Assembly (NCBI GenBank): GCA_041178085.1
Contig: JBEGVZ010000043.1
Coordinates: 39,381-103,380 of the forward strand
Source: Pseudomonadota bacterium
GTDB lineage: Bacteria; Bdellovibrionota_B; Oligoflexia; Oligoflexales; RGVZ01
Direction: 5' to 3'
DNA length: 64,000 nucleotides
Shown here: piece by piece, positions 19,362-29,263 of the stretch
Layout: every line of letters begins with the position of its first letter
How positions within the stretch are numbered: position 1 is the first letter of the stretch
Notes under the pieces: model-generated
The model's input: the letters and a program-made list of their open reading frames with translations, nothing else
Database searches by the model: none
What the model was told of the DNA's origin: nothing
Position numbers and translations under genes: made by a program

Positions 19362-20256
19362 TGCTGGTCACGAGAGAACCATAGCCGTCACGATAGCCTG
19401 GGAATTTCCAGGAAAAACCTGTGGAAGCGAGCAATCCGTTGCGCACGCGCTTGTTCGTCTCTGGCAAATCCTTGTGTGCCAAGGGCATTCCGTCTGGCCC
19501 AGTGAAGACCACGCTCAATGGCTTCAGTCCGAGTTGCTGCCGTAACCAGACGATAATCTCGTGCTGCGGAGCCGGATCTGAATCGGTCACACAATAAGTC
19601 CTCGCTGGATTTTGAAGCTCAAGGCAATGCACGACAGCGCGGGCGCCATCTTCCACATGAATCCGGTTGGTATAAGCAATTTCCCTCACGGTCATGGGAT
19701 CCTGGGCATCGCGAGCAACATTCAGCATCCTGGTCCGCCCAGGACCATAGATCCCGGAAAATCGCAGAACGAGCGAATTGGAGCGTTCATTGACGAATTG
19801 TTCCCCGGCCAACATCGCTCGCTGCGTCGGGGCTACCGACTCTTCATCGATCTGATGGAATTCGTCCACCCAACGGCCATCATCCTCTGGATAAACTCCT
19901 GTACTGGAAACAAACACCAGCCGCGCCGTCGCGGGCAGAATCGAAATCACATTGGCCAGCCCATGCTGGTAAGCGTCACGGTATGCGTCGACGGAGGGTG
20001 TCCCTGCGGACACACAATAAACGACGGCATCGAAGGAATGCGCGAAGCTGTCAATCGCCGTACGAAGATCGTCGATCTTCAAGACATCCATTGATAGCCA
20101 GGCAGAGAAACCGGGAACCGGAGAACTGCCATCCGGAGCATTGCGTCGCGCACCCACTACCCGCCAACCGGCTGCAGCCGCCTCAGAGGCGACAGCTTTC
20201 CCGAGGTAACCGGCCCCGATAATCAGGACTGATTTTTGTTGGCGTCGGCCAGACAT
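19336..20256 (-). CDS. NAD-dependent epimerase/dehydratase (atypical SDR)
   Basis: GAGYLG, SSTGVY, RFSGIYGPGR, NRIHVED. Confidence 0.85.
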   Translation of the reverse strand: MSGRRQQKSVLIIGAGYLGKAVASEAAAAGWRVVGARRNAPDGSSPVPGFSAWLSMDVLKIDDLRTAIDSFAHSFDAVVYCVSAGTPSVDAYRDAYQHGLANVISILPATARLVFVSSTGVYPEDDGRWVDEFHQIDEESVAPTQRAMLAGEQFVNERSNSLVLRFSGIYGPGRTRMLNVARDAQDPMTVREIAYTNRIHVEDGARAVVHCLELQNPARTYCVTDSDPAPQHEIIVWLRQQLGLKPLSVVFTGPDGMPLAHKDLPETNKRVRNGLLASTGFSWKFPGYRDGYGSLVTSNDRGASHV

Positions 20257-21521
20257 CGCTCAATCATCCCTTCCAGCAACGGGCGCCCATCAATCCTTGC
20301 TCCAAGGTGGGAAAGGAAGACAAACACCCCGCCCAGTTTGCGATCAAGGAACAGTAATTCCCGCGGGGGCGAAGGCAATTTTTGTTCTACCACAAGCTTC
20401 AAGCCAAGGGCCGTCGTCCGCCGCGGCAGCTCATTCGCACGCCAATCATACTTGCCGCCCGCAAAAGGTTCCACGACGGCAAGACACAACTCAACAAAGA
20501 CCTGTTCCATGACTGGCGGTGCATCAAGAGGCAGTATGCCGAGCCGCTTGCCTGCAGACGCGATGGCGGCTGGATCGGAGTCCAGGGCAGCCTTTACCAT
20601 TCCGGCATATTTGCGCACGAAATCAGCTGGAAACTTGCGCACCGCACCGAAATCGAGCAGCACCAGCTGGTCCGGGGAACCATCCTTGCCTGGACGAATG
20701 CGGTAATTGCCAAAATGTGGATCTGTCTGGACAAAATTCCAGGAAAAATATTCGTTAAAAAAGAGCTCAAGAAAGTTTTCTGCCAACTGGTTGCGCCGGT
20801 CAACCGACAGGCGAGACACTTTGGGATCCTCGACATCCAGGCTCTCGATCCAACGGGTAGCAAGGATCTTGCTGCCGGAAAACTCCTCGAAGACATCAGG
20901 GACAAGGTACCTTGGATCATCCCCCGCGAGCCTGCGATATTCACGCGTCGCCAGCAGTTCCTGTCCGTAATCAACTTCGCGCCGGAGCATGTCGCGGACT
21001 TCCGAGAAAATAATCCGCTCATCGATCTCAACTGGCAGGACACCAGCCATGCGCAACACCATGCGCAGGTTGCGCAGGTCGCCCTCGATCGCCTTGGCAA
21101 CTCCCGGGTATTGGATCTTCAGGCAAATGCGTTCACCGGAATTTTTAATCGTCGCGAGGTGCACCTGGCCCAGGCTGGCCGCGGCCAGCGGGGTCGGCTC
21201 GATTTCCAGCAAAGCCAGCTTCGCCGGACCAAGGCGCCGGCGCAGGGTCCGTTCCATGACTGGCCAGTCAACGGGTTCCGACTTGGCATTCAGAGTCCTG
21301 AGAACTGCGTTAATTTCCGGGGGAAAGAAATGTTCCCCCGCGAGCCCGAGCAGCTGCCCAGCCTTCATCATGCTGCCCTTCATCTGCCCGAGGACCTTGG
21401 CCAAGGCCTCCGCCTGTTGCAAGACGGTGCGAGTGCGCGTTACCGCAGTGATTCCACTCTGGATCCCGAAGCCGATCACGCGCAAGGAACGTTCGATGGC
21501 GGATGCAGGTATACGCTTCAT
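20223..21521 (-). CDS. AarF/ABC1/UbiB atypical kinase (canonical, COQ8-like)
   Basis: KAGQ, AAASLGQVH, KIQYPG, QTDPHFGN, LLDFG. Confidence 0.92.
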   Translation of the reverse strand: MKRIPASAIERSLRVIGFGIQSGITAVTRTRTVLQQAEALAKVLGQMKGSMMKAGQLLGLAGEHFFPPEINAVLRTLNAKSEPVDWPVMERTLRRRLGPAKLALLEIEPTPLAAASLGQVHLATIKNSGERICLKIQYPGVAKAIEGDLRNLRMVLRMAGVLPVEIDERIIFSEVRDMLRREVDYGQELLATREYRRLAGDDPRYLVPDVFEEFSGSKILATRWIESLDVEDPKVSRLSVDRRNQLAENFLELFFNEYFSWNFVQTDPHFGNYRIRPGKDGSPDQLVLLDFGAVRKFPADFVRKYAGMVKAALDSDPAAIASAGKRLGILPLDAPPVMEQVFVELCLAVVEPFAGGKYDWRANELPRRTTALGLKLVVEQKLPSPPRELLFLDRKLGGVFVFLSHLGARIDGRPLLEGMIERCLADANKNQS

Positions 21522-21727
21522 GGGGAAGATTTCGATTTGGCAGGCACCGCCGGATAGGGACAATGACGGCAACCGTTGCCACAGCAATATCCCCTGCGCG
21601 CCAGGAAGGACGAAGTAAAAACCATGAAACCAGTGTCGGGATCGATATAGTAATCGGGCTCAGAACTGGACGACTTGCGATCGCCCTCCTTTCGTTCTGT
21701 ACCCTTAATCCCTGTTGTAGTGCTCAT
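21518..21727 (-). CDS. small Cys-rich protein (DUF5522-like)
   Basis: DYY...G.MVFT...RGYCCGNGCRHCPY; ATGA overlap with the kinase gene. Confidence 0.8.
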   Translation of the reverse strand: MSTTTGIKGTERKEGDRKSSSSEPDYYIDPDTGFMVFTSSFLARRGYCCGNGCRHCPYPAVPAKSKSSP

Positions 21728-22031
21728 AACGTTCAGGTTCCGCCTGCCACGGAGTGTACTCCCACTCTTCGGACAGTGGAATCGTCAAGGTGGCCAGTCC
21801 TACCGCAAGGATGGGAGGCAGAAGCGAAGTCCAATGGCTGACCATGCCTGTGAGCAGCGGATAAACCAGCAACCCCAAAAACATGCCCGCACCGATACAC
21901 CAGGTCAGCAAAGAAGCTCTGCGCCGAAGATAGACCACCATGTGCGCGTAACGCAACTTGGGGTCCTGTTTCGACTTGTCCCCTGCAGCAGCTTTTTTAT
22001 CAGTCGACATGATCAACTCCCGCTTGTCCAA
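21705..22031 (-). CDS. hypothetical membrane protein (2 TM)
   Basis: Two hydrophobic helices; overlaps the downstream gene. Confidence 0.65.
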   Translation of the reverse strand: MDKRELIMSTDKKAAAGDKSKQDPKLRYAHMVVYLRRRASLLTWCIGAGMFLGLLVYPLLTGMVSHWTSLLPPILAVGLATLTIPLSEEWEYTPWQAEPERYEHYNRD

Positions 22032-22062
22032 TAAAAGTCAAACTTTGAAGGCCAGGCTGAAA

Positions 22063-22422
22063 TCACTTGCTGGGCTTGACGCCCTCTTTACTTTTGGCGG
22101 TCTTGACCACCACCTTGACCTCGTTGCCACCCAACCGGAAGCGCACGAGCGCCAAACTGCCGACGAGAAGGCAGAAAAACAGCGTGTAAAGAACACCCAC
22201 ACCATGGAGCCACACTTGCGGGACAGCGATCACGGAAGTCACGCCGGCGGCCGTTACAGCGATTGCGTAGTTGAGCCCGGCGAATTCGTCGCTATGCTCC
22301 ACTCCATTGAAGGGCATGAAAAGAATAATCAGGAGGGTGATCACACCGACGCCTGTTGCAACGGTCCCAGTCAACCCCCAGGATTCAATCAGAGCCTCAA
22401 CCTTGTTAAACCAAACCCACAT
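22063..22422 (-). CDS. hypothetical membrane protein (3 TM)
   Basis: Hydrophobic ORF with gagg RBS. Confidence 0.65.
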   Translation of the reverse strand: MWVWFNKVEALIESWGLTGTVATGVGVITLLIILFMPFNGVEHSDEFAGLNYAIAVTAAGVTSVIAVPQVWLHGVGVLYTLFFCLLVGSLALVRFRLGGNEVKVVVKTAKSKEGVKPSK

Positions 22423-22567
22423 CGGAGTACCTCTCGGGAGTCAGTTCCCATAAGAGTGGTTTCGGTGATCCCGGAATGGACTGAAGTGGGAAAAATTTGC
22501 CCGCAAAAACAGCTTCCGGGTCCGCCCTTGTCCGGTATAAGATTACGAAATTGCAGCCATTTCGTAA

Positions 22568-23704
22568 GTGTCGATGGGAGTCAAAATGCACCAAGGAAAC
22601 GCGCTTCCAGTCAATGTTTCCCGTCGGTTACCTGCCCGGGTGGCATGGTTCCACCTGATCGCTGCCGCACTATTTCTGGCCCCTGCAGGTCAGCAGGCAC
22701 TGGCGACAGACCAAAAAGACGAAAACGGCGAAAGCGATACCCTGGTCAAAACAGCCCGTCAGGTACACCTTGGACAGATTCGGTTTGAAGACAGCTCTCA
22801 CGACTTCGGCAGGGTAAAGCGCGGCGAAAAGCTGACGCACCGCTTTGCTTTCCGCAACGAGGGCAAAGGACCACTCAAGGTCTACGGCGTCCACGCGGCC
22901 TGTGGATGTACTGCGGCAGAAGTCGCCTCGGGCAAAGAATACGCACCCCAGGAAACTGGTGCCATCGACGTCACGTTTGACACCACGGACTTTGATGGCA
23001 GCGTGGTCAAGACCATCACGGTCATGACCAACGAACGCCATGTGTCGGATCGCACCCTGTCGCTCCGTGCCACCGTGATCGGCGAATTTGAAGTGAACCC
23101 GCCATTGGCGGACTTTGGCGAAACCCTCATCCGGGATGGCGGCATGCAGCAGGTCGTGATCAAGCCCCAGCCCGGCAACAAGTTCGTGGTGGACAAAATC
23201 AAGTTCAATGCCGAGACCCTTGATGTTTCGTCGGTCGCAAAAGACGGCGGTTACGTCATCTCAATTCAGCTGAAGAAGGATATTCCGACCGGATTCCTGA
23301 AGGAAACCGTCTACGTCAGGAACAATTCCAAGAGTCTGCCAGAACTGCGCATTCCGGTCCGTGCGACCATCCGCGGCAACATCGAAATCGAGCCCAAGTA
23401 CATTGAGTTTGGCGCCATATCACCAAGCGACAAGAGCAGCCGCTCGATCACACTTAACGGCCTCAAGGAATTCGACATCAAGAATGTCCGGATGGACCTC
23501 AACCTCAATGGCGCCAAAGTGAGCGACTCGGCCGATCTGTTAAAGGTGAACCCGGTAAGCACGGACAAGCAAAAGAAATTGATTGCAGTCGACTTGCTAA
23601 ACAAGATCGACAAGGCCGGTAGCGTCCATGGCCGCCTCTTTATCGAGACTACTGATCCTCAGCAAAAAGAAATCCCGGTCGACTTTTACGCGTTCTTCCG
23701 GTGA
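22568..23704 (+). CDS. DUF1573 (Ig-like) domain secreted protein
   Basis: HDFG, F.F.N.GKGPL, ACGCT, K.ITV.TN; repeated DFG/EFG Ig modules. Confidence 0.85.
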   Translation: MSMGVKMHQGNALPVNVSRRLPARVAWFHLIAAALFLAPAGQQALATDQKDENGESDTLVKTARQVHLGQIRFEDSSHDFGRVKRGEKLTHRFAFRNEGKGPLKVYGVHAACGCTAAEVASGKEYAPQETGAIDVTFDTTDFDGSVVKTITVMTNERHVSDRTLSLRATVIGEFEVNPPLADFGETLIRDGGMQQVVIKPQPGNKFVVDKIKFNAETLDVSSVAKDGGYVISIQLKKDIPTGFLKETVYVRNNSKSLPELRIPVRATIRGNIEIEPKYIEFGAISPSDKSSRSITLNGLKEFDIKNVRMDLNLNGAKVSDSADLLKVNPVSTDKQKKLIAVDLLNKIDKAGSVHGRLFIETTDPQQKEIPVDFYAFFR

Positions 23705-23718
23705 TGGAGGCAGAAACC

Positions 23719-23889
23719 ATGGGTTCCGAGACTGTTTTCTGGGCTCTTTATACGATTTCAGGGCTGAGCCTGTTGATAGCTTCCACAATGTATTGGATCA
23801 GCCCAACCGATCATTTGGAGAACGCAGACCAACAAGGCGCTGATGCGCAACTCGGGCCTTCGGCGAATGGAACCGTCAGCACTGAATGA
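23719..23889 (+). CDS. small single-TM protein
   Basis: ggagg RBS at 23706-23710; one hydrophobic helix. Confidence 0.45.
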   Translation: MGSETVFWALYTISGLSLLIASTMYWISPTDHLENADQQGADAQLGPSANGTVSTE

Positions 23890-23966
23890 GATGCGTTACA
23901 GCCAGACTCAGGCGTAACTCTGTGTCGACTGGCGCCAACGCGAAAAGTATCGTCATCAAAGTTAAC

Positions 23967-24623
23967 TTAAAGGCTTATCTGGCCAGCTTTTTCTTTCATT
24001 CGCTTGGAATTGATCCGGTTCAGCGTCTCTCGCGTCACGCCAAGGTAGGAGGCCAGGGCGGCCTGAGAGACCACCCCGACCAGATCACGATGAGATTTGT
24101 AGAGGCATTCCAGCTTTTCCGTGGCATTCCGGCGGGACACCGCATCCATGCGGCGATGCAAGGATCCGACATAATCGTTGGCAAGAATTAAAAGCACTGC
24201 TTGCAGCTCATGGTTTTCACCGGCCAATTGCTGCAGTTTTTGCAAGTCAAACACCCATCCAGAAAGATCCGTCAAGGCTGTCCAGTAATGCTGGAGTGGT
24301 TGGTCGCCTGAGAACTCGGCCCATGGACTCGCGAAACTGCCTACGCTGAAGAACTGAGACGTCAGCTCCCCGTCAATCGCATCACGACGCCAAACACGAA
24401 TTGCACCGTGACCAATCATGAAAGCACGAGTTGGACGGTTCCCGGGTACAAAAACGCTATCACCTTGCGGCACTGAAATACGCCGTGCGCACGTGGCTAA
24501 CTGCTTCCAGGAAGCCTCCTGCAGGTTCAAACGGCTGCGCAGGGCCATACGCAGAAGGGCGTCTTCTGTTTGCGATAATTCAGACCTTTCAGTCGTCTTG
24601 AATGCATCTTGAGTCGTCGCCAT
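23967..24623 (-). CDS. Crp/Fnr family transcriptional regulator
   Basis: cNMP-binding-like N-domain and C-terminal HTH SQAALASYLGVTRETLNRI. Confidence 0.85.
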   Translation of the reverse strand: MATTQDAFKTTERSELSQTEDALLRMALRSRLNLQEASWKQLATCARRISVPQGDSVFVPGNRPTRAFMIGHGAIRVWRRDAIDGELTSQFFSVGSFASPWAEFSGDQPLQHYWTALTDLSGWVFDLQKLQQLAGENHELQAVLLILANDYVGSLHRRMDAVSRRNATEKLECLYKSHRDLVGVVSQAALASYLGVTRETLNRINSKRMKEKAGQISL

Positions 24624-24930
24624 AAAATACCGCCCCTTTCCTGTCGGCTGCATGGGCTGGAAGCCCGCGCCATGAAGCCTGGATGAGCAGAAAATGGACC
24701 AACCACAACGGGGGATAGAAATCCCGGGAATGACTGACAAAAATCACAGGGTCTATGACGCGGTGAATTCGCGGCGCAGCGAGAAAAACCCGTAACCCAA
24801 TGAAAGCGCACCACTTTCCACGAGCCGTGACTGCGCCTTCGCAGACACGGTCCCGACTTCAAGAAACGGAAGGTGAATCAGGGGGTTGAAGCGGTGCCAA
24901 GGCGTTTCTCTGAAACCAGATGACGATCCT

Positions 24931-27228
24931 TCAGGATTTTGATGTCCCATGCTCATCGACTTCGCGCACCAGGCGATACCAGTTAGCCGTTGTCCCCATG
25001 CGTCCAAGCATCGAGTAGAACGAGCCAAAAAAATTCACGATCGCAAGGTTTGGCTTGCGGGGCAACGAGCCCCGTTTGGTACGTCCCTCCCGGACGGCTT
25101 CACGTGCAACTTTGGCAGCATATTCCTGAGTGAAGGTAAACTCCGCGTCCACAAGGAAAGGTCGCATGTACAAAGTCCGGTGCAGATCAAGGATCCGCGA
25201 CCATTCGGCATCGGACGGAAAGAAACCCGTTTGCTGTTGAAGAGCGATCGCATCATCATCCCGCCCCTCACGAAGGGCGCGAATCACCTTCGGCAAATAC
25301 AAAACATCACCGTCTACCGGTGATACGCATGCGCCGAAATCAAACATCCAGACGTCGGTTCCGTCGAATAGATAGTTACCCGGATGAATGTCATTGTTGA
25401 AGTATCCGTTCAGCATCATCGCCCATATGCTTCGCATCAACTTGCGTCCAACAGCGTCACGGTCCGCAGCCGGGGCCTCGATCATGCTTTGCTCCAGGAT
25501 TTCTCCCTGCACCCACTGCTTGACGAGAACACGGGCGCCACATACCGATGGTTCAACTGCCGGGATTCTGACCTTCTCCCCAGGGAGACTCTCCAGGATC
25601 GCCCGGCAGGCCTCCTGGGATTGGCGCTCCCTGACGTAATCGCATTCGTTGAGGATAAATTTTGCCAGATGATCCAAAAGTCCTTGCCACTGGACCTCGG
25701 GAAAAATTCCCCGCATCAACCAACTAAGATTTTTAAGGGATGCAAATTCAGAGCGGATTCCTGACTCGACCCCAGGATAACGCACTTTTACTGAATACGT
25801 TCCAGATGGTCCAAGGGCCCGATGAACCTGACCAATCGCACCAAAAGCGAAGGGCGTCGTATCAAGTTCCGTGAGAGTCTCGCGCCAATTGGGCGCGGTT
25901 TCATCAAGGATCTTCACAACGTCCGCGGGAGATATACGTCGCCCTTGGACCGATCTCGGATGCAGTCGTTCGATCAGATCTGAAGGAACAAGACCGTCAA
26001 CTGTGGCAGCGTTCTGAATCAACTTTTGCAGGATGCCGTGCCCGCGCTGGCAATGATCATTGATCACCCGCGCGATTCCAGCGATAGATTCTTCTCTTAC
26101 TTTTCTGGATTGGTCACTCGAAGTGAACGCCTGCTTCATGCGCGATACGACAATCCTGGCAGAAAGAGCCACACCCATGGAAATAAGCCGGGGACGCTGC
26201 TCAAGAAGGGATGGATCATTCGCGTCGGTATCAAGAAGATGCAAAATATCGCCACTGGCCCCTGCTGAGCATGTCGACGAACGTTCACCAATCCGTCGCG
26301 ACGCTTCACCTGTGATCCACTTGAAGCCCGCCAACCGCGCCAGCTGGAACACTGAATACAAGGTCAACATTTCCAGCTCGAATGAGTGGAAACGGGATGC
26401 ATTGTTCAGCAGATCACGAAGGTGGGCGGCTGCTGATTCAGCATCAGGTTTTCTGGATTCAAATTGCTGCAGAGCATTGGCCAGTTCGTAAAGTTCACGA
26501 AGCCAGGTAGGCGATTCTGCAAGGATGAACCCCGACTTTCTGACACTGGCTGGCAACGGCAAGCGAGCGCGCAAGTCAAATACGCCAAATGCAGTCATCC
26601 AGACAAACGTCCGGAGCTTCTGCTCGGGAGTGGATTCCGAACCGCGTCTGGTCGTGAGCCGCAAGAGAGGCAACCAATCACCAGATGTGATTGATTTCGC
26701 CAGGGTCAATTGCCATTCAGTCCCGCGTTCCCGACCATCCAGATTGCCCGCCTCGGTTGCGGCCAAGACTTCTTCATGGCGCCCGGCCACCATCAGCCAG
26801 GAAATGCGCTCCTGGTAATCCGGCAATCTTTCAAGACCATCCGGACTGCCATCACGTAAGCGCAGGCGGACCTGGACCAACTCATGCCGGGCCCGTTCCT
26901 CAGGATCAAAACCTGCCGCGCCACGTTCAAGGAAATCAAGCAACTGCCGCGCCCGCTGCCATGGCCCATGACGGACCGCCACTTCCGCACTGGCTAAAAT
27001 CGTCGCAGCCCTGAGCCGCGCCAGGGCACGGACTTCCTCTGACCCAAGGAAAACCTGCACGTCGGAAATGAAGCTGGCAGCTTCATCGGGTAAGAATTCC
27101 GCGTCCCTGAGCAGACGAAGTCCAGCCCCGGCCGCAGCAAGGCGTTTTGAGCTGGCCTTGGTGTCGAGCGATGTCTCCAGCTCATAAAAGAGCTGAGCCT
27201 CATTGCGCCAATCTTGGTGCAAGTCCAT
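24931..27228 (-). CDS. AarF/UbiB-family kinase with long N-terminal helical extension
   Basis: C-terminal FAFGAIGQVHRA, KVRYPG, ECDY, NDIHPGNY, FDFG. Confidence 0.8.
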   Translation of the reverse strand: MDLHQDWRNEAQLFYELETSLDTKASSKRLAAAGAGLRLLRDAEFLPDEAASFISDVQVFLGSEEVRALARLRAATILASAEVAVRHGPWQRARQLLDFLERGAAGFDPEERARHELVQVRLRLRDGSPDGLERLPDYQERISWLMVAGRHEEVLAATEAGNLDGRERGTEWQLTLAKSITSGDWLPLLRLTTRRGSESTPEQKLRTFVWMTAFGVFDLRARLPLPASVRKSGFILAESPTWLRELYELANALQQFESRKPDAESAAAHLRDLLNNASRFHSFELEMLTLYSVFQLARLAGFKWITGEASRRIGERSSTCSAGASGDILHLLDTDANDPSLLEQRPRLISMGVALSARIVVSRMKQAFTSSDQSRKVREESIAGIARVINDHCQRGHGILQKLIQNAATVDGLVPSDLIERLHPRSVQGRRISPADVVKILDETAPNWRETLTELDTTPFAFGAIGQVHRALGPSGTYSVKVRYPGVESGIRSEFASLKNLSWLMRGIFPEVQWQGLLDHLAKFILNECDYVRERQSQEACRAILESLPGEKVRIPAVEPSVCGARVLVKQWVQGEILEQSMIEAPAADRDAVGRKLMRSIWAMMLNGYFNNDIHPGNYLFDGTDVWMFDFGACVSPVDGDVLYLPKVIRALREGRDDDAIALQQQTGFFPSDAEWSRILDLHRTLYMRPFLVDAEFTFTQEYAAKVAREAVREGRTKRGSLPRKPNLAIVNFFGSFYSMLGRMGTTANWYRLVREVDEHGTSKS

Positions 27229-27349
27229 TAAATCCGATGAAGATCGTTACTGTCTGTTTATCAAGCCGTTTGAAATATGATGCCCGTAATGAAAGGAAAT
27301 GGAAACCCTGCAGACAGCATCGCAGCGTGCGATTCCACTAAAAGTGCGT

Positions 27350-27829
27350 TCAGCCGCCTGAAAAAATGATCTGGTAGTTGATGATTTTCCACATCTCACC
27401 TTGCTGCACCCGGATCTGGGAGAAAGGCAGACGCGTGGTCTTCAGATCGGGACTGGTGAGATCGAGTGTGCCAGTAATGTAAAGCAGATCGGGCGCAACT
27501 AGACGGGCATACTCCACGCTGTTGACCACCGCGAATCCACGTAAACCCTGCACCACCTTGAACCAATTGCGAAGTTGCTCCTCACCCCGGTAAATAAGGA
27601 TCTCAGGGGGAGCAGAAGATTTCAGGGTTTTTGTAACCAACTCACCATCGGCAACAAATTGACCAGCCACGCCCACATCATCGCCAAGGGCAACCATGGC
27701 CGCACCAGCTGTCAGGACCTGCCTTGCAATGGATAGCGCAGCCACATCCAAGGGCTCGGGCTGAGCGTGCGTCAGACTTCCAAACAAAAACATGCCGCCG
27801 GTCAGGAAGATGATCTTTAAATTATTCAT
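27350..27829 (-). CDS. secreted NTF2/SnoaL-like protein
   Basis: Signal peptide; F..DG, GEEQLR..F, C-terminal WKI. Confidence 0.6.
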   Translation of the reverse strand: MNNLKIIFLTGGMFLFGSLTHAQPEPLDVAALSIARQVLTAGAAMVALGDDVGVAGQFVADGELVTKTLKSSAPPEILIYRGEEQLRNWFKVVQGLRGFAVVNSVEYARLVAPDLLYITGTLDLTSPDLKTTRLPFSQIRVQQGEMWKIINYQIIFSGG

Positions 27830-27892
27830 GCGGAGTCCCCCATTGAACGTCACGGGGGACATTGCAAGAACTGGAGCCTCGTCAAAAAATCG

Positions 27893-29263
27893 TCAGAGCT
27901 GACCGACGAGCGCGGTTTTGTTGGCTCCGGTGATGAGCACGGACAGACATTGACCAGTGAGGGGTTCGCTGGATTCGACCCGAGTCAGGCGGAAATGCTC
28001 CGTCCGGCCGTAGTAAACGCCAGGAGTCTTCTTGCTCTCATAGAGGAAGAGAACATCGCGAGTACGACCAATCTCTGCCTCATTCTGACGAATTGTGATC
28101 GCGTCTTGAAGCGCATTCAAGCGGGCAAGGCGTTCTTCCATCACCGCCTCTGGCACCTGAACCGGCATCCTTGCAGCTGCCGTGCCTTTGCGTGGCGAAT
28201 ACTTGAACGCGTACACAAAACTGTACTGAACCTCTTCAACGAGCCTCAGGGTGTCTTCGAATTCAGCGTCAGTTTCTCCCGGAAACCCGACGATCAAATC
28301 CGTAGAAATCGCCATGTCGGGAACTGCCTCGCGCAACCAGCGGATGCGTTCGCGGTATTCTTCCACAGTCACCTTGCGACGCATGACTTCAAGGATACGG
28401 TCGTTCCCACTTTGCACAGGCAAGTGCATATAACGACCCATTTTGGGGTTCGCAGCGAAAAGTTCCGCCAGAGGTTTGGTGAAATCGTGGGGGTTGCTGG
28501 TAGTGAAACGAAGACGCTCCAACCCCGGCAAATCTGCGACCGCCGCAAGAAGCTCAACAAAGGGCCCGCGGTCCCCAGGTTCAAGGAGATCCTTGTCGAC
28601 CAGATCAAGGCCGTAGGAATTCACGTTCTGGCCCAGAAGCATGATTTCCCTGGCGCCACTGGCGAGCAGCTTGCGGCATTCGCCGAGGATGTCCTCTGGC
28701 ATGCGGGATATCTCCCGGCCCCGCGTAAACGGCACAATACAGAACGTACAGAAGTTGTTGCACCCCTGAATGATGTTCACAAAACGCGAAACTTCATTTT
28801 TGCCCGTGAGCGTTGGCGGGACCACATCCGGCGCAGGGTCTGCGGCAGGCGTATCTTTCGCATCGATTTCCGGACTTTTGAACCCGGTCGCCATGGATGG
28901 CGCGCCAGAATCCAGGCTGCGATTCAACAGGCTGGGCAATTCGTCAATCTTGCCTGGCCCCAGAAGCACATCAATTTGCGGTGCTTCGCGCAGCAGCTTT
29001 GCGCCTTCCGCCTGCGCCACACACCCCGCCACGGCGATTTTCACGCCGGGGCGCTGTTTCTTCATTTCGCGCAGGACGCCCAGGCGGCTGACCACTTTAT
29101 GTTTAGCTTTTTCGCGAATGTGGCACGTATTGAGCAGGAACAGGTCAGCTTCCGATTCGTCCTCAGTCAAAACGTAATTCATGCCATGCAGCAGGCTCAG
29201 CATCTTCTCGCTGTCCGCCACATTCATCTGGCAACCCCACGTTTCTACATGGACTTTTTTCAT
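27893..29263 (-). CDS. miaB: tRNA-2-methylthio-N6-dimethylallyladenosine synthase
   Basis: GCQMNVADSE, NTC, GCVAQ, CNNFCTFC, GQNVNSY, YSPRKGT, TRAM domain. Confidence 0.96.
   Translation of the reverse strand: MKKVHVETWGCQMNVADSEKMLSLLHGMNYVLTEDESEADLFLLNTCHIREKAKHKVVSRLGVLREMKKQRPGVKIAVAGCVAQAEGAKLLREAPQIDVLLGPGKIDELPSLLNRSLDSGAPSMATGFKSPEIDAKDTPAADPAPDVVPPTLTGKNEVSRFVNIIQGCNNFCTFCIVPFTRGREISRMPEDILGECRKLLASGAREIMLLGQNVNSYGLDLVDKDLLEPGDRGPFVELLAAVADLPGLERLRFTTSNPHDFTKPLAELFAANPKMGRYMHLPVQSGNDRILEVMRRKVTVEEYRERIRWLREAVPDMAISTDLIVGFPGETDAEFEDTLRLVEEVQYSFVYAFKYSPRKGTAAARMPVQVPEAVMEERLARLNALQDAITIRQNEAEIGRTRDVLFLYESKKTPGVYYGRTEHFRLTRVESSEPLTGQCLSVLITGANKTALVGQL

Noticed and set aside
20382..21618. 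391-aa and 209-aa + strand ORFs
   Set aside because: Antisense shadows of the ABC1 kinase.
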